The position numbers and the translations under genes were made by a program. DNA of 64,000 nt from Actinomycetota bacterium. Lineage in GTDB: Bacteria > Actinomycetota > UBA4738 > JACQTL01. The notes under the pieces are model-generated. The model was not told the DNA's origin. It searched no databases and saw nothing but the letters and a program-made list of their open reading frames with translations. The number at the start of each line of letters is the position of its first letter. Within the stretch, counting starts at the first letter, position 1. The DNA is taken from NCBI GenBank assembly GCA_036394995.1, contig DASWED010000111.1:72330-136329 (forward strand), written 5' to 3'. Positions 25,384-34,600 of this stretch are shown here, piece by piece.

Positions 25384-26316
25384 TCAGGTTCCCCGGGAGG
25401 CCCTCCACAGGGTGTGCTCCCGGGAGATGGCCTCCTCGGCGTGTTCGACGAACCGTGCCCACTCGCTCTCGGTCCGGGGCTCGTCGGCCAGAGCCTCGAT
25501 GTCGGAGATCTCCCTGGCCGTGACCGAGTACGCGGACGCCAGGGCCCCGTGGTCCTTCGTCTGGATCCAGGCCGCGATCGCCCCCGCCGCCGCCGCGGCA
25601 ACCCCCACGAAGTCGTACCGGGTGTGGGTCGTGAGACGGACGACCGCGGCGGCCACCCCGGCCACCTCGAAGGCCAGCATCGCCGCTCCCCACAGCTCCG
25701 CTCGCCGGGCGTTCCACCGGGCCTTCGTCACGTACCACACCCGCTGGTCCTCCAGCCGGCCCTCGACGTACGCGGTCCGGCGGTCCTCGAGGGACCGGGA
25801 CCGGAGCGCCTCCATCGCATCGGTGATCTGCTGCGATCGTTCGACCGACGGGATCAGTGTGACTTCGCGCAGGGGTCTGACGAGCTCGGACAGGCGGGCG
25901 ATGAGGAGCTTGCCCGCGGCCGGCCCCGGTTCGCCGTCGGCGTGGAATGGCGAACCGCCAACCGCGTAGCGCCAGGCCAGGGTCTTCGCCGACTCGGCGG
26001 CGGCACGGCCCTCGTACCACGTCCGATCGGGTTTGGTCCCCAGCAGGTGGGTCTTCAGGACGGCCGCCGAGAACAGCGCGATGACGGCCAGGACCTGGGG
26101 CCATTTGGGCGGAGTCGGCGTGGCCCCGGCCAGGGCCGCTCCACCCAGCAGCGCGAGCTGAGCGGCCGACGAGCGCACGAATCTACGCTGCGCGGTCGCG
26201 GAGGCCCGGTCGGCGGCCCTGAAGAGCTCCGGGAGGTCGAGGTCCCTCAACGTCGCGGCCGCACCCGGGCCGCGGTCCTCTCCGGCGGCCACTCCGCCCG
26301 CTCCCTCCCCCGTCAT
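25384..26316 (-). CDS. tandem 2TM DUF4231/SLATT-like membrane protein
   Basis: 310 aa from the internal ATG at 26316. Two TM hairpins, each followed by SLATT-type helices (WYEGRAAAESAKTLAWRY; RLEDQRVWYVTKARWNARRAE...YSVTAREISDIE...EWARFVEHAEEAISREHTLW). Ends 13 nt before the TIR gene start. The family call is by motif memory, not by HMM. Confidence 0.65.
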   Translation of the reverse strand: MTGEGAGGVAAGEDRGPGAAATLRDLDLPELFRAADRASATAQRRFVRSSAAQLALLGGAALAGATPTPPKWPQVLAVIALFSAAVLKTHLLGTKPDRTWYEGRAAAESAKTLAWRYAVGGSPFHADGEPGPAAGKLLIARLSELVRPLREVTLIPSVERSQQITDAMEALRSRSLEDRRTAYVEGRLEDQRVWYVTKARWNARRAELWGAAMLAFEVAGVAAAVVRLTTHTRYDFVGVAAAAAGAIAAWIQTKDHGALASAYSVTAREISDIEALADEPRTESEWARFVEHAEEAISREHTLWRASRGT

Positions 26317-26529
26317 GGAGTCGAAGCGTCGCCCCCACGTGGTGGCGGTGTCAATGCCGTCCCGCACGGGCGCTCGATCGGCAGGCGGAGAAGCCCGGGC
26401 CCCGGCCGTGTGGGTGGGCGTCCCGAGGGGACGGTGGCCAGCATCCGCGGCGTGCCCGTCAGGCGCCGTTCGGCGGTGAGTTCCGCCGGCTCGTAGACTG
26501 GGTGGAACCGATCGCAGGGAGAATCCGCC

Positions 26530-27726
26530 ATGGCCACATCCACCCGTTCCGTCATCGTCTCCGGGGCCCGCACGCCCATCGGGCGCTTCGCCGGAGGGTT
26601 CACCGACCTGGCCGCCGTGGACCTGGGGGGCGTGGCCATCCGTGAGGCCCTGTCCCGGTCCGGGGTGCCGGGAGAGACCGTGGACTACGTGATCATGGGC
26701 CAGGTCCTCCAGGCCGGGGCCGGCCAGATCACCGCCCGCCAGGCCGCGATCAAGGCCGGCGTGCCCAAGGAGGTCCCGGCCATCACCATCAACAAGGTGT
26801 GCCTGTCGGGCCTGAACGCGATCGCGCTGGCGGACCAGCTCATCCGGGCCGGGGAGATCTCCGTTGCCGTGGCCGGGGGGATGGAATCCATGACGAACGC
26901 CCCCTACGTCCTGCCCTCCGCCCGGTTCGGAGCCCGCATGGGCAACACCGAGATGGTGGACTCCATGGTCTACGACGGGCTGTGGTCGACCTTCACCGAC
27001 CAGCACATGGGGCAGTCCTCCGACGAGGTGAACGCGGAGCTGAAGATCTCCCGCGACGACCAGGACGCCTGGGCCGCCCGTTCCCACCAGCGCGCCGCGG
27101 AGGCATGGGCCTCGGGGCGGTTCGCCGAGGAGGTCGTGCCCGTCGAGGTCCCCCAGCGCAAGGGGGACCCCGTCGTGGTGGAACGGGACGAAGGGATCCG
27201 GGAGGGGACCTCAGCGGAGTCACTGGCCAGGCTGAAGCCGGCGTTCGTCCCCGACGGGACCATCACCGCCGGGAACGCCTCCCAGATCTCCGACGGGGCC
27301 GCCGCGGTCGTGGTGATGTCCGCGGCCAAGGCCGAGGAGCTCGGCCTGAAGCCCCTGGCCGAGATCGTGGCCCACGGGATGTGCGCGGAGCGCTACGCCT
27401 GGCTGCACACCGTCCCCGCCATCGCGATGCAGAACGCCCTGAAGAAGGCCGGCAAGGACGTCCACGACCTGGGCGTGGTGGAGATCAACGAGGCCTTTGC
27501 CTCCGTGGCCCTGAACGCCACCCGGATGCTCGGTGTGGACGAGGCCATCGTGAACCCGAACGGCGGGGCGGTGGCCCTCGGTCACCCCATCGGCGCGAGC
27601 GGAGCGAGGCTCGTGTTCACCCTGGCGAACGAGATGCGCCGGCGCGGCGTGGAGTTCGGCGGCGCGGCGCTGTGCGGAGGCGGCGGCCAGGGCGACGCCC
27701 TCATCATCAGGAACCCGGCGGCCTGA
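26530..27726 (+). CDS. acetyl-CoA C-acetyltransferase (thiolase II)
   Basis: 398 aa. INKVCLSGLNAIA (active-site Cys), NASQISDGAAAVV, NPNGGAVALGHPIGASGAR and LCGGGGQG. Confidence 0.93.
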   Translation: MATSTRSVIVSGARTPIGRFAGGFTDLAAVDLGGVAIREALSRSGVPGETVDYVIMGQVLQAGAGQITARQAAIKAGVPKEVPAITINKVCLSGLNAIALADQLIRAGEISVAVAGGMESMTNAPYVLPSARFGARMGNTEMVDSMVYDGLWSTFTDQHMGQSSDEVNAELKISRDDQDAWAARSHQRAAEAWASGRFAEEVVPVEVPQRKGDPVVVERDEGIREGTSAESLARLKPAFVPDGTITAGNASQISDGAAAVVVMSAAKAEELGLKPLAEIVAHGMCAERYAWLHTVPAIAMQNALKKAGKDVHDLGVVEINEAFASVALNATRMLGVDEAIVNPNGGAVALGHPIGASGARLVFTLANEMRRRGVEFGGAALCGGGGQGDALIIRNPAA

Positions 27727-27837
27727 TCCGGCCCACCGGGCCGCTTCCGCCCGGCCGGGGAATCGAGGGTTAGCCGGCCCCCGCGCGGGGCACGTTCCTC
27801 CCCCGGAATGCCCGTTTCCGAGAAGGGGGAATGATCC

Positions 27838-29298
27838 ATGCCCGCATTCCTTTCCGTTCGCCGGCTCGTGTTGCTCGTGACCGGCGTCGTCGTGCTGATC
27901 TCCGCCCTGGTGGTAGCCGGCGGCGCGGGAGGCTCGAACGCCCGCGCCGCCACCGCCGTCGGGTTCGTGCGGCACGCGTACCACCCCGGCACGGCCACCA
28001 CGCGGAGCAAGGAGATCTCCGGGTACTCCGGACCTCGCTTGTCGCTGCAGGTCGCGAAGGTCGGGGCTCCCGGGATGGAGCCCACCATCGGCGTGGCCGC
28101 CGACGGCACCGCGTACTACGGAGCCGCCCACATCGTGGCCGACACCCCCTACGCGTGGGGCGGGGCCCGCACCGACACCCGCATGTCCACCGACGGCGGG
28201 AAGACGTGGAAGTCCATCCAGCTGGGCGGCGGGGACGTCGGGGTTCCGCCCGCGAACGCCGACCCCATGATCTACGTCGATCAGACCACCGGCCGGGTGT
28301 TCAACTTCGACCTCGAGGGGGCCTGCAACTTCCTCAACTACTCGGACGACAAGGGCCAGTCCTGGTCCACGAACCCGGCGGCCTGCGGGAACCTGGTCGT
28401 GGACCATCAGACCATCGTCACGGCCAAGCCGAGGGAGGGCCTCACCACCAGCGGGTACCCGAACGTCGTGTACTGGTGCTCGAACCGGGTGGCGGACGCC
28501 ACGTGTGGCCGGAGCCTGGACGGCGGGACGACCTGGGGACCCACGGGTGACGCCGCCTACATGGGCTATGACGAGGCCGCCGGTGGACTGTGCGGTGGTC
28601 TCGCCGGACACCTCGCTGCGGACCCCGACGGGCGGATCTTCCTGCCGAAGGGCCACTGCGAGCACCCGTGGGTGTCCATCTCGCAGGACGGCGGGGCCAC
28701 CTGGAAGCGGGTCCAGGTCAGCACGATCAGCGCCTCGGACACGCACCTGTCGCTCGCGTCGGACAACGCCGGGAACCTCTACTACGGGTGGTGGGGCGGG
28801 AAGCACGACCTGCCCTATCTGTCGATCTCGCGCGACCACGGCATGACGTGGAGCGCGCCGATGATGATCGCGCCGCCCGGCGTGTTCGCGGCCAACCTGG
28901 TGACGGTCTCGGCCGCGGCGCCAGGCCGCGTGGCCGTCACGTTCCTCTCCACGACCGATCCGAAGGAGGACGGCCACCGGCCCATGGACCAGACCGTGGT
29001 GGTGTCCACGAACGCCCTGTCGGCCAACCCGACGTTCGTCTCGTCCACGGCGAACCCGGCCGGCGACCCGATCCACCGGGGCAACGACTGCACCGCGGGC
29101 CGGTGCGGCGGGATCTGGGACTTCATCGACATCCACATCTCGAAGGCCGGCCAGGCGTGGGCCAGCATGTCCGACGACTGCGTGGCCACCTGTGTGACGA
29201 GGGACGAGCGCACCGCGCTGCACGCGGGCGTGGGCTACGCGATCCGGGAGATCGCGGGCCCCAACCTGGGCGTGCCGTTCCAGTTCGCCTCTCCGTAG
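27838..29298 (+). CDS. secreted or membrane-anchored Asp-box (BNR) beta-propeller protein
   Basis: N-terminal hydrophobic segment LVLLVTGVVVLISALVVAGGAGG. Asp-boxes STDGGKTW, SDDKGQSW, SLDGGTTW, SQDGGATW and SRDHGMTW. Confidence 0.75.
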   Translation: MPAFLSVRRLVLLVTGVVVLISALVVAGGAGGSNARAATAVGFVRHAYHPGTATTRSKEISGYSGPRLSLQVAKVGAPGMEPTIGVAADGTAYYGAAHIVADTPYAWGGARTDTRMSTDGGKTWKSIQLGGGDVGVPPANADPMIYVDQTTGRVFNFDLEGACNFLNYSDDKGQSWSTNPAACGNLVVDHQTIVTAKPREGLTTSGYPNVVYWCSNRVADATCGRSLDGGTTWGPTGDAAYMGYDEAAGGLCGGLAGHLAADPDGRIFLPKGHCEHPWVSISQDGGATWKRVQVSTISASDTHLSLASDNAGNLYYGWWGGKHDLPYLSISRDHGMTWSAPMMIAPPGVFAANLVTVSAAAPGRVAVTFLSTTDPKEDGHRPMDQTVVVSTNALSANPTFVSSTANPAGDPIHRGNDCTAGRCGGIWDFIDIHISKAGQAWASMSDDCVATCVTRDERTALHAGVGYAIREIAGPNLGVPFQFASP

Positions 29299-29304
29299 GA
29301 GATG

Positions 29305-29340
29305 AGGGGCGGCGCCCACCACGGGCGCCGCCCCTTTCCT
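29305..29340 (+). terminator. candidate intrinsic terminator after the Asp-box gene
   Basis: Perfect 13-bp stem AGGGGCGGCGCCC / GGGCGCCGCCCCT with loop ACCAC (29305..29335), followed by TTTCCT. It starts 7 nt after the stop codon. Confidence 0.55.
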
Positions 29341-29367
29341 ACACTCCACGGGAGGAGGGAGCGAGAC

Positions 29368-30528
29368 ATGACCGAGCGCCTGTTCGACCTGCCCGAGGAG
29401 ATCGAGGAGTTCCGCAAGCTGGTTCGGAAGATCGCCGAGGAGCGCATCGCGCCCCGCGCGGCCGAGGTGGACGACACCGACGAGTGGCCCAAGGACCTCT
29501 GGGAGGTCATGGTCGAACACGGCCTGATGGGCGTGGGGTACCCGGAGGAGTTCGGCGGCGGGGGCGGAGGGTCGCTCACGTTCGCGGTGATGACCGAGGA
29601 GATGTCGCGGGTGTCGGCCGGCGTGACGCTGACCCCGCTGGTGGCCCGGCTCGGCGCGATCCCGGTCATGCTGGCGGGCTCCGACGAACAGAAGAAGGAG
29701 CTGTTCGGGGGCATCGCCGAGGGCCGGCACCTCATGTCCTACTGCCTGACGGAGCCGGGGAGCGGCAGCGACGCCGTCGCGATGAAGACCCGCTACACGG
29801 CCGTGGACGACGGCTACCGGCTGACCGGGACCAAGCGGTTCATCACAGGGGCCGGCGTGTCCGACGCGTACACCGTGTTCGCCACGAAGGACCCGGCGCT
29901 CCGGGGCGAAGGCATCTCGTGCTTCCTGGTGTACCGCGACGACCCGGGGGTCTCGTTCGGCAAGGAGGAGCACAAGATGGGGATCCACGGGTCCCCCACC
30001 CGCGAGGTGTACATGGAGGACACCGTCGTTCCGGCCGACCGCATGATCGGGGCCGACGGCGAGGGGTTCAAGATCGCCATGCGAACCCTCGACTACTCGC
30101 GGCCGACCATCGGCGCGCAGGCTCTGGGGATCGCCCAGGGCGCGTTCGACTTCGCCGCCCGGTACATGACCGAACGCGAGCAGTTCGGTAAGAAGATCGC
30201 CGAGTTCCAGGGGCTCCAGTTCATGCTGGCCGACATGGCCATGGAGATCGAGGCCGCCCGCGCGCTCGTCTACAAGGCCGCCGCGCTGGTCGATGCGCGT
30301 GACCCCCGCATGACCCTGTTCGCCTCGATCGCGAAGTGCTACGCGAGCGACGCGGCCATGAAGGTCACCACCGACGCCGTCCAGATCCTGGGCGGCTACG
30401 GCTACATGCGCGAGTACCCCGTCGAGCGCTACATGCGCGACGCCAAGATCACCCAGATCTACGAGGGCACCAACCAGATCCAGCGCGTGGTCATCGCCAG
30501 GAACATCCTGAAGTCGCTGGGCGGGTAG
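29368..30528 (+). CDS. acyl-CoA dehydrogenase (short/medium-chain, butyryl-CoA dehydrogenase-like)
   Basis: 386 aa from the ATG at 29368. CLTEPGSGSDAVAMKT, ITGAG, RPTIGAQALGIAQGAFD, QFGKKIAEFQGLQFMLADM and the catalytic-base region YEGTNQIQRVVIAR. Confidence 0.92.
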   Translation: MTERLFDLPEEIEEFRKLVRKIAEERIAPRAAEVDDTDEWPKDLWEVMVEHGLMGVGYPEEFGGGGGGSLTFAVMTEEMSRVSAGVTLTPLVARLGAIPVMLAGSDEQKKELFGGIAEGRHLMSYCLTEPGSGSDAVAMKTRYTAVDDGYRLTGTKRFITGAGVSDAYTVFATKDPALRGEGISCFLVYRDDPGVSFGKEEHKMGIHGSPTREVYMEDTVVPADRMIGADGEGFKIAMRTLDYSRPTIGAQALGIAQGAFDFAARYMTEREQFGKKIAEFQGLQFMLADMAMEIEAARALVYKAAALVDARDPRMTLFASIAKCYASDAAMKVTTDAVQILGGYGYMREYPVERYMRDAKITQIYEGTNQIQRVVIARNILKSLGG

Positions 30529-30573
30529 GGAGCCGGCTCTCTCGACCCAGCCGGGCCCCGGATTCCCGCCTCC

Positions 30574-30813
30574 CTACGGCGGCGCCCGACTACCTCCTTC
30601 GATCACCGTCCCGTCCGGCCGGGAGAACACCGGGGAGCCGTCGACCATCTCCACCCGGAACCCGTGGTGGTGGATCTTGCGGTGGTGGCGCCGGCACAGC
30701 AGCACCAGGTTGGACAGGTCCGTCGGTCCCCCGTCGGGCCAGTGTGCAAACCGGGCATGTCGGGATTCGCGAAGAAGATTCCTCAACTCTCCCGCCGTCT
30801 GCACGAATCGCAT
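30574..30813 (-). pseudogene. C-terminal relic of a DUF222-type HNH endonuclease
   Basis: HARFAHWPDGGPTDLSNLVLLCRRHHRKIHHHGFRVEMVDGSPVFSRPDGTVI is the C-terminal HNH signature of actinobacterial 13E12/DUF222 HNH endonucleases, which are normally 400-500 aa. Only ~79 codons remain, and the upstream part of the ORF is antisense to another gene. Confidence 0.6.
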
Positions 30814-30921
30814 GGGTCGGTCGGACCGTGAACTCCCACGGTCAGCGCGAGGTGGGACGGCGTTTTCCGATCGCGAACGTTCGGGAACGTTTGAAGGGAC
30901 ACGTCGACGTGCCCCGAGGAG

Positions 30922-31269
30922 GTGAGGCTCGTGCCGAGGAGCGAGTGGACCGACGAGCAGGAACGCAAGTACGAGCACATCAAGGAGAGCACCAGATCGC
31001 GCGGGGCGTCCACCAAGCGGGCCAAGGAGATCGCGGCCCGGACGGTGAACAAGGAGCGGGCCCAGCGAGGCCAGAGCGAGACGGCCTCCAGGTCCTCCGT
31101 GCGCGATATGCCGTCGTCCAAGCGAGGCGGCCAGCGGTCCGGCACCAGCGGGCCGCGGGGGCGGACCCGTGAGCAGCTCTACAACGAAGCCCGGCAGATG
31201 GGCATCGAGGGCCGTTCGAAGATGAACAAGGCCCAACTCCAACGCGCGGTCGACCGCAAGAAGCGGTAG
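30922..31269 (+). CDS. small basic protein with C-terminal Rho_N/SAP-like helix-extended-helix motif
   Basis: 115 aa. SEWTDEQERKYEHIKESTRSRGASTKRAKEIAARTVNKERA, then a Ser/Arg/Gly linker and TREQLYNEARQMGIEGRSKMNKAQLQRAV. The exact start (GTG at 30922 or a downstream GTG) is uncertain. Confidence 0.6.
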   Translation: MRLVPRSEWTDEQERKYEHIKESTRSRGASTKRAKEIAARTVNKERAQRGQSETASRSSVRDMPSSKRGGQRSGTSGPRGRTREQLYNEARQMGIEGRSKMNKAQLQRAVDRKKR

Positions 31270-31408
31270 CCACCCATCCGCTCACGCCTTCTCTCCCGGC
31301 GCCGATCGGCGCGCCACTGGCCAGCGGTGCGAGAATCCGCAGGACGGGCCACCTGGGGGACATGTTGACTCCCCGACCGGCCGATCGCCAGGGCCCCCGA
31401 GTGTTGGA

Positions 31409-31437
31409 TTGACAGGTTCCCCGCCCGGTGAGAGAGT
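31409..31437 (+). promoter_or_regulatory. candidate sigma-70-type promoter upstream of the giant gene pair
   Basis: Perfect TTGACA (31409..31414), a 17-nt spacer, then GAGAGT (31432..31437). Notable in ~70% GC DNA, but not validated. Confidence 0.25.
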
Positions 31438-31584
31438 CCGCGCCGTCCACCCATCCATGGGGGAGCGCCCACGACCGTAGACGATCGACCCGAGGGCCTC
31501 GACGGCGCGCCGCAGTCGCCCGATTCGGACCCCCCGGAGGCGCCCCCGGTCGATCCGCGGCAGGACGAACCGACCCATGGCGGC

Positions 31585-31671
31585 CGGTTCCTCATCACCC
31601 GCCGGGACTTCCTGAAGTACTCCGGCGCCGCCACGGTCGTGGTGGGCGCCGGACCGGCTCGAGCCCTGGCA
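31585..31671 (+). other. twin-arginine (Tat) signal peptide coding segment, in frame with giant ORF 1
   Basis: Translates to RFLITRRDFLKYSGAATVVVGAGPARALA with AxA followed by GSE. This matches the consensus S/T-R-R-x-F-L-K, an h-region and an AxA cleavage site. It lies upstream of the first canonical in-frame start (GTG at 31639). Confidence 0.7.
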
Positions 31672-34600
31672 GGCTCCGAGGCCCGGTTCGGCCGGGCCTC
31701 CAACCCCTTCCCCACCTTCAACCTGGTCCGGGCCCGGGACATGCTGGCCCTGTCGTTCGAGGTCCACAACCTCGAGCTGAAGAGGAAGGGCCAGGCCGGC
31801 CCGGGGGACACCCAGACGGCCCGTCTCGTCCGCACCGTTCCCGACCGCCCCGCGTACATCGTGGTGGTGTTCGAGCCCCAGCACCTGGCAGAGCACGCGT
31901 TCTTCGAGGTGAACGACCCGATGATCCCGGGCGATCCCGGCCCCGAGACCCTGATGTCGCCCCCCGTGCCCTCCAGCCTGGCCGGCCCCAGCCGGCTGGC
32001 GTTCAGGGTCCCTGCGAACGTGGCCGCGGTTCCGTTCGAACTCGACACGCTGCTGACGTGGGGCGACTGGGAGCGCAGCCTGGCCCCCCTGGCCCAGGAC
32101 CCCCCTCGCAGTGGGGCCGGCTTCCGGGACCCCACGGTCTTCACCACGGACACCGCGCTCGAGGTGCCGTGGCGGCTGTACCTCTCGCCCGGCCCCAGCT
32201 CGCTGTGGTTCCACTCGCACGACCCGGTCACCCACACCGACCCCAAGGACTCCCGTCCGCGGACCGAGCTGTGGCACTCGAGGATGGGCGTCCACATCGG
32301 CTCCGCGTCCACCGAAGGCGGCCGCATCGCCAACCCCCACAACGAGGAGGGCGGGCCGCTCCGCGCCATCTGGACGCCGGGGTTCTCCACGGACCAGGAC
32401 CCCCCCGACCCGAACGGGCTCGGCCCGAACCCGCCCGAGCGGACGTCGCTGAAGCCGAACGACCGGTGGCAGATCGTCCGGCTCACCGCCGAACGCGACC
32501 TCCAGCTGTTCAACCAGGACACCGCCTACGTCCCGCAGCCGGTGGACTCCGACCGGTTCGCGCTCTCGGCCCTCGGGGTGTTCATGGACACCAAGGGGGC
32601 CTGGCCGAAGGTCACCACCCAGGGTGGGGTCGACCACCCGTGGGTCTCGGACCTCGTCAAGTGGGATCACCGGGCCGCGATTGGCCGAGACAACTACGTC
32701 CGGGTCATCCACTCCGGGTACCTGCTCCCGTTCGGGCACGCCGCCGTGGTGGTCACGGTCACCGAACGGAAGATGCAGCCGGCGGAGTCGGGGCCGCTGG
32801 CCGGCCAGCTGGGCGGCTACCTCCGCCAGCACGCGTTCATCATCCCCCGCAGGTTCACGCTGGGCTACCCGGCGGCGTCGAACCAGCCGAACGGCGCCCG
32901 GGACTTCCCGTTCACGAACATCAAGCTGAAGACGCTGGTCACGCCGAACCTCGAGCCCTACGACGGCGCGACCCCCGTCACCCAGACGCAGGTGCTGAAG
33001 ACGAACAGCCAGCCGTACGGCTCCACGGCCTTCTGGCCCATGATCCCCAGCTCCGGCGGCACACCCGTCGACTTCGAGTTCGTGTACGAGGCCACGGACC
33101 GGGATGGGAACTCCATCCAGTTCACCGCGCCCCAGATCTTCGTCTCGTCGACGCTCGCCGACGACAAGACGAAACAGGACGACATCGAACAGATCATCCA
33201 CGAGTACGGCAAGGCCACGCCGAGCAGCCGACACACCCGCTCCTTCAACGGCCAGAAGGTGGCGTTCGCCACGTTCCCCGGCGGTGAGGAGGGGGCCACC
33301 GCCTACGAGGTCGACACCATGACCTTCAGCGCGGCGCCCCCCGTGAACACGAACGCGGAGCCCACCGACATCCCGAGGTTCTTCCCGAACCTGCTGAAGG
33401 CCGACGTCCGGCTCCAGGCCGCCGAGCGGATCGCCGGGAAGTCCCTGGCCAAGAAGCCGACCATCGTCTACCACGACACCTACGTCGCGAACGGCCAGAA
33501 CAACTCGAAGGTCTTCGCCATGCTGGTGGACTCCTCCACCGTGAAGCCCCCCCAGCCGGGCAAGGCGAAGACCGCGCCGACGCCCGAACCGCTCGACATG
33601 GTGCTGGGGGCCGACACCTCCGGCGGTGTGCTCACGCCGAACATGGCCATCACCGGCCTGTCGGCGGCGCTGGGGCCGATGGGCGGCGACCTGTCGAGCG
33701 GCCTCCCGTCCGACTTCGATCCGCTGGAGTTCTTCGGGAACCCGGCGTCGCTGCCCAAGATCCTGGGCGGCCTGGACCTCTGGGACATCATCCACGCGGT
33801 CACCGGGTTCTCCGACCTGGACAAGATCCCCAAGACCATCGAGAGCCCCCTCCCGGACCAGATCGTGGTCTCGCTCGAATGGAATCCCGAGCCGGTGCAC
33901 GATCCCCTGAACGTGTTCGTCCCGGGAGGGAACTGCTCGATTTCCATCTCCGCGGTGTCCACGACGGAGATCAACGACAACGGCACCCCGGGAGAGTCCA
34001 CGTTCGAGATCACGGGCATCATCGAGGACTTCCAGGCCCAGCTGGTGGGCGACGCCTTCAAGGCCATCGTGATCACGTTCGACCACCTGAGTTTCTCCTC
34101 GGTCAGCGGCCAGAAGCCGAACGTGGACCCGGCCATCACCGACGTCACGTTCGTGGGGGTCCTGGAGTTCGTGCAGAAGCTCCAGGAATTCCTGTCCTCG
34201 ATCGGGTTCGGGAACGGCGGGCTGTCACCGGGGCCGGCCACGCGGAACGGCGCGCTCGTGTCACGCAAGGCCCAGGCGGCCGACGCGCCCGAGGACGACG
34301 GCTCGGGCCCGTCGATCACCGTCGACGAGACCGGGATCAACGCCTCGCTGGGAGTGAGCCTCCCGGCCATCCAGGTCGGCGTGTTCAGCCTCGAGGGGAT
34401 CTCGTTCGGGGCCAAGCTGAACATCCCGTTCGTGGACGGGCCGGCCCGGGTCCGGTTCAACTTCGCCTCGCAGGACGCGCCGTTCCTGATCACGGTCTCG
34501 CTGTTCGGCGGGGGCGGTTCCGTGGAGGTGGGGCTGGGGCTCGACGGGTTCGAGTCGCTCACGCTGACCCTGGAGTTCGGGGCCAAGATCGCGATCGACC

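Noticed and set aside
25384-27087. 567-aa version of the SLATT-like ORF, and the 1135-aa version (to 25601) of the TIR-WD40 ORF.
   Set aside because: The upstream extensions are Gly/Arg/Pro/His-rich junk. The first runs antisense into the thiolase gene and the second overlaps the SLATT-like gene. Protein-like sequence starts at the internal ATGs at 26316 and 25370.
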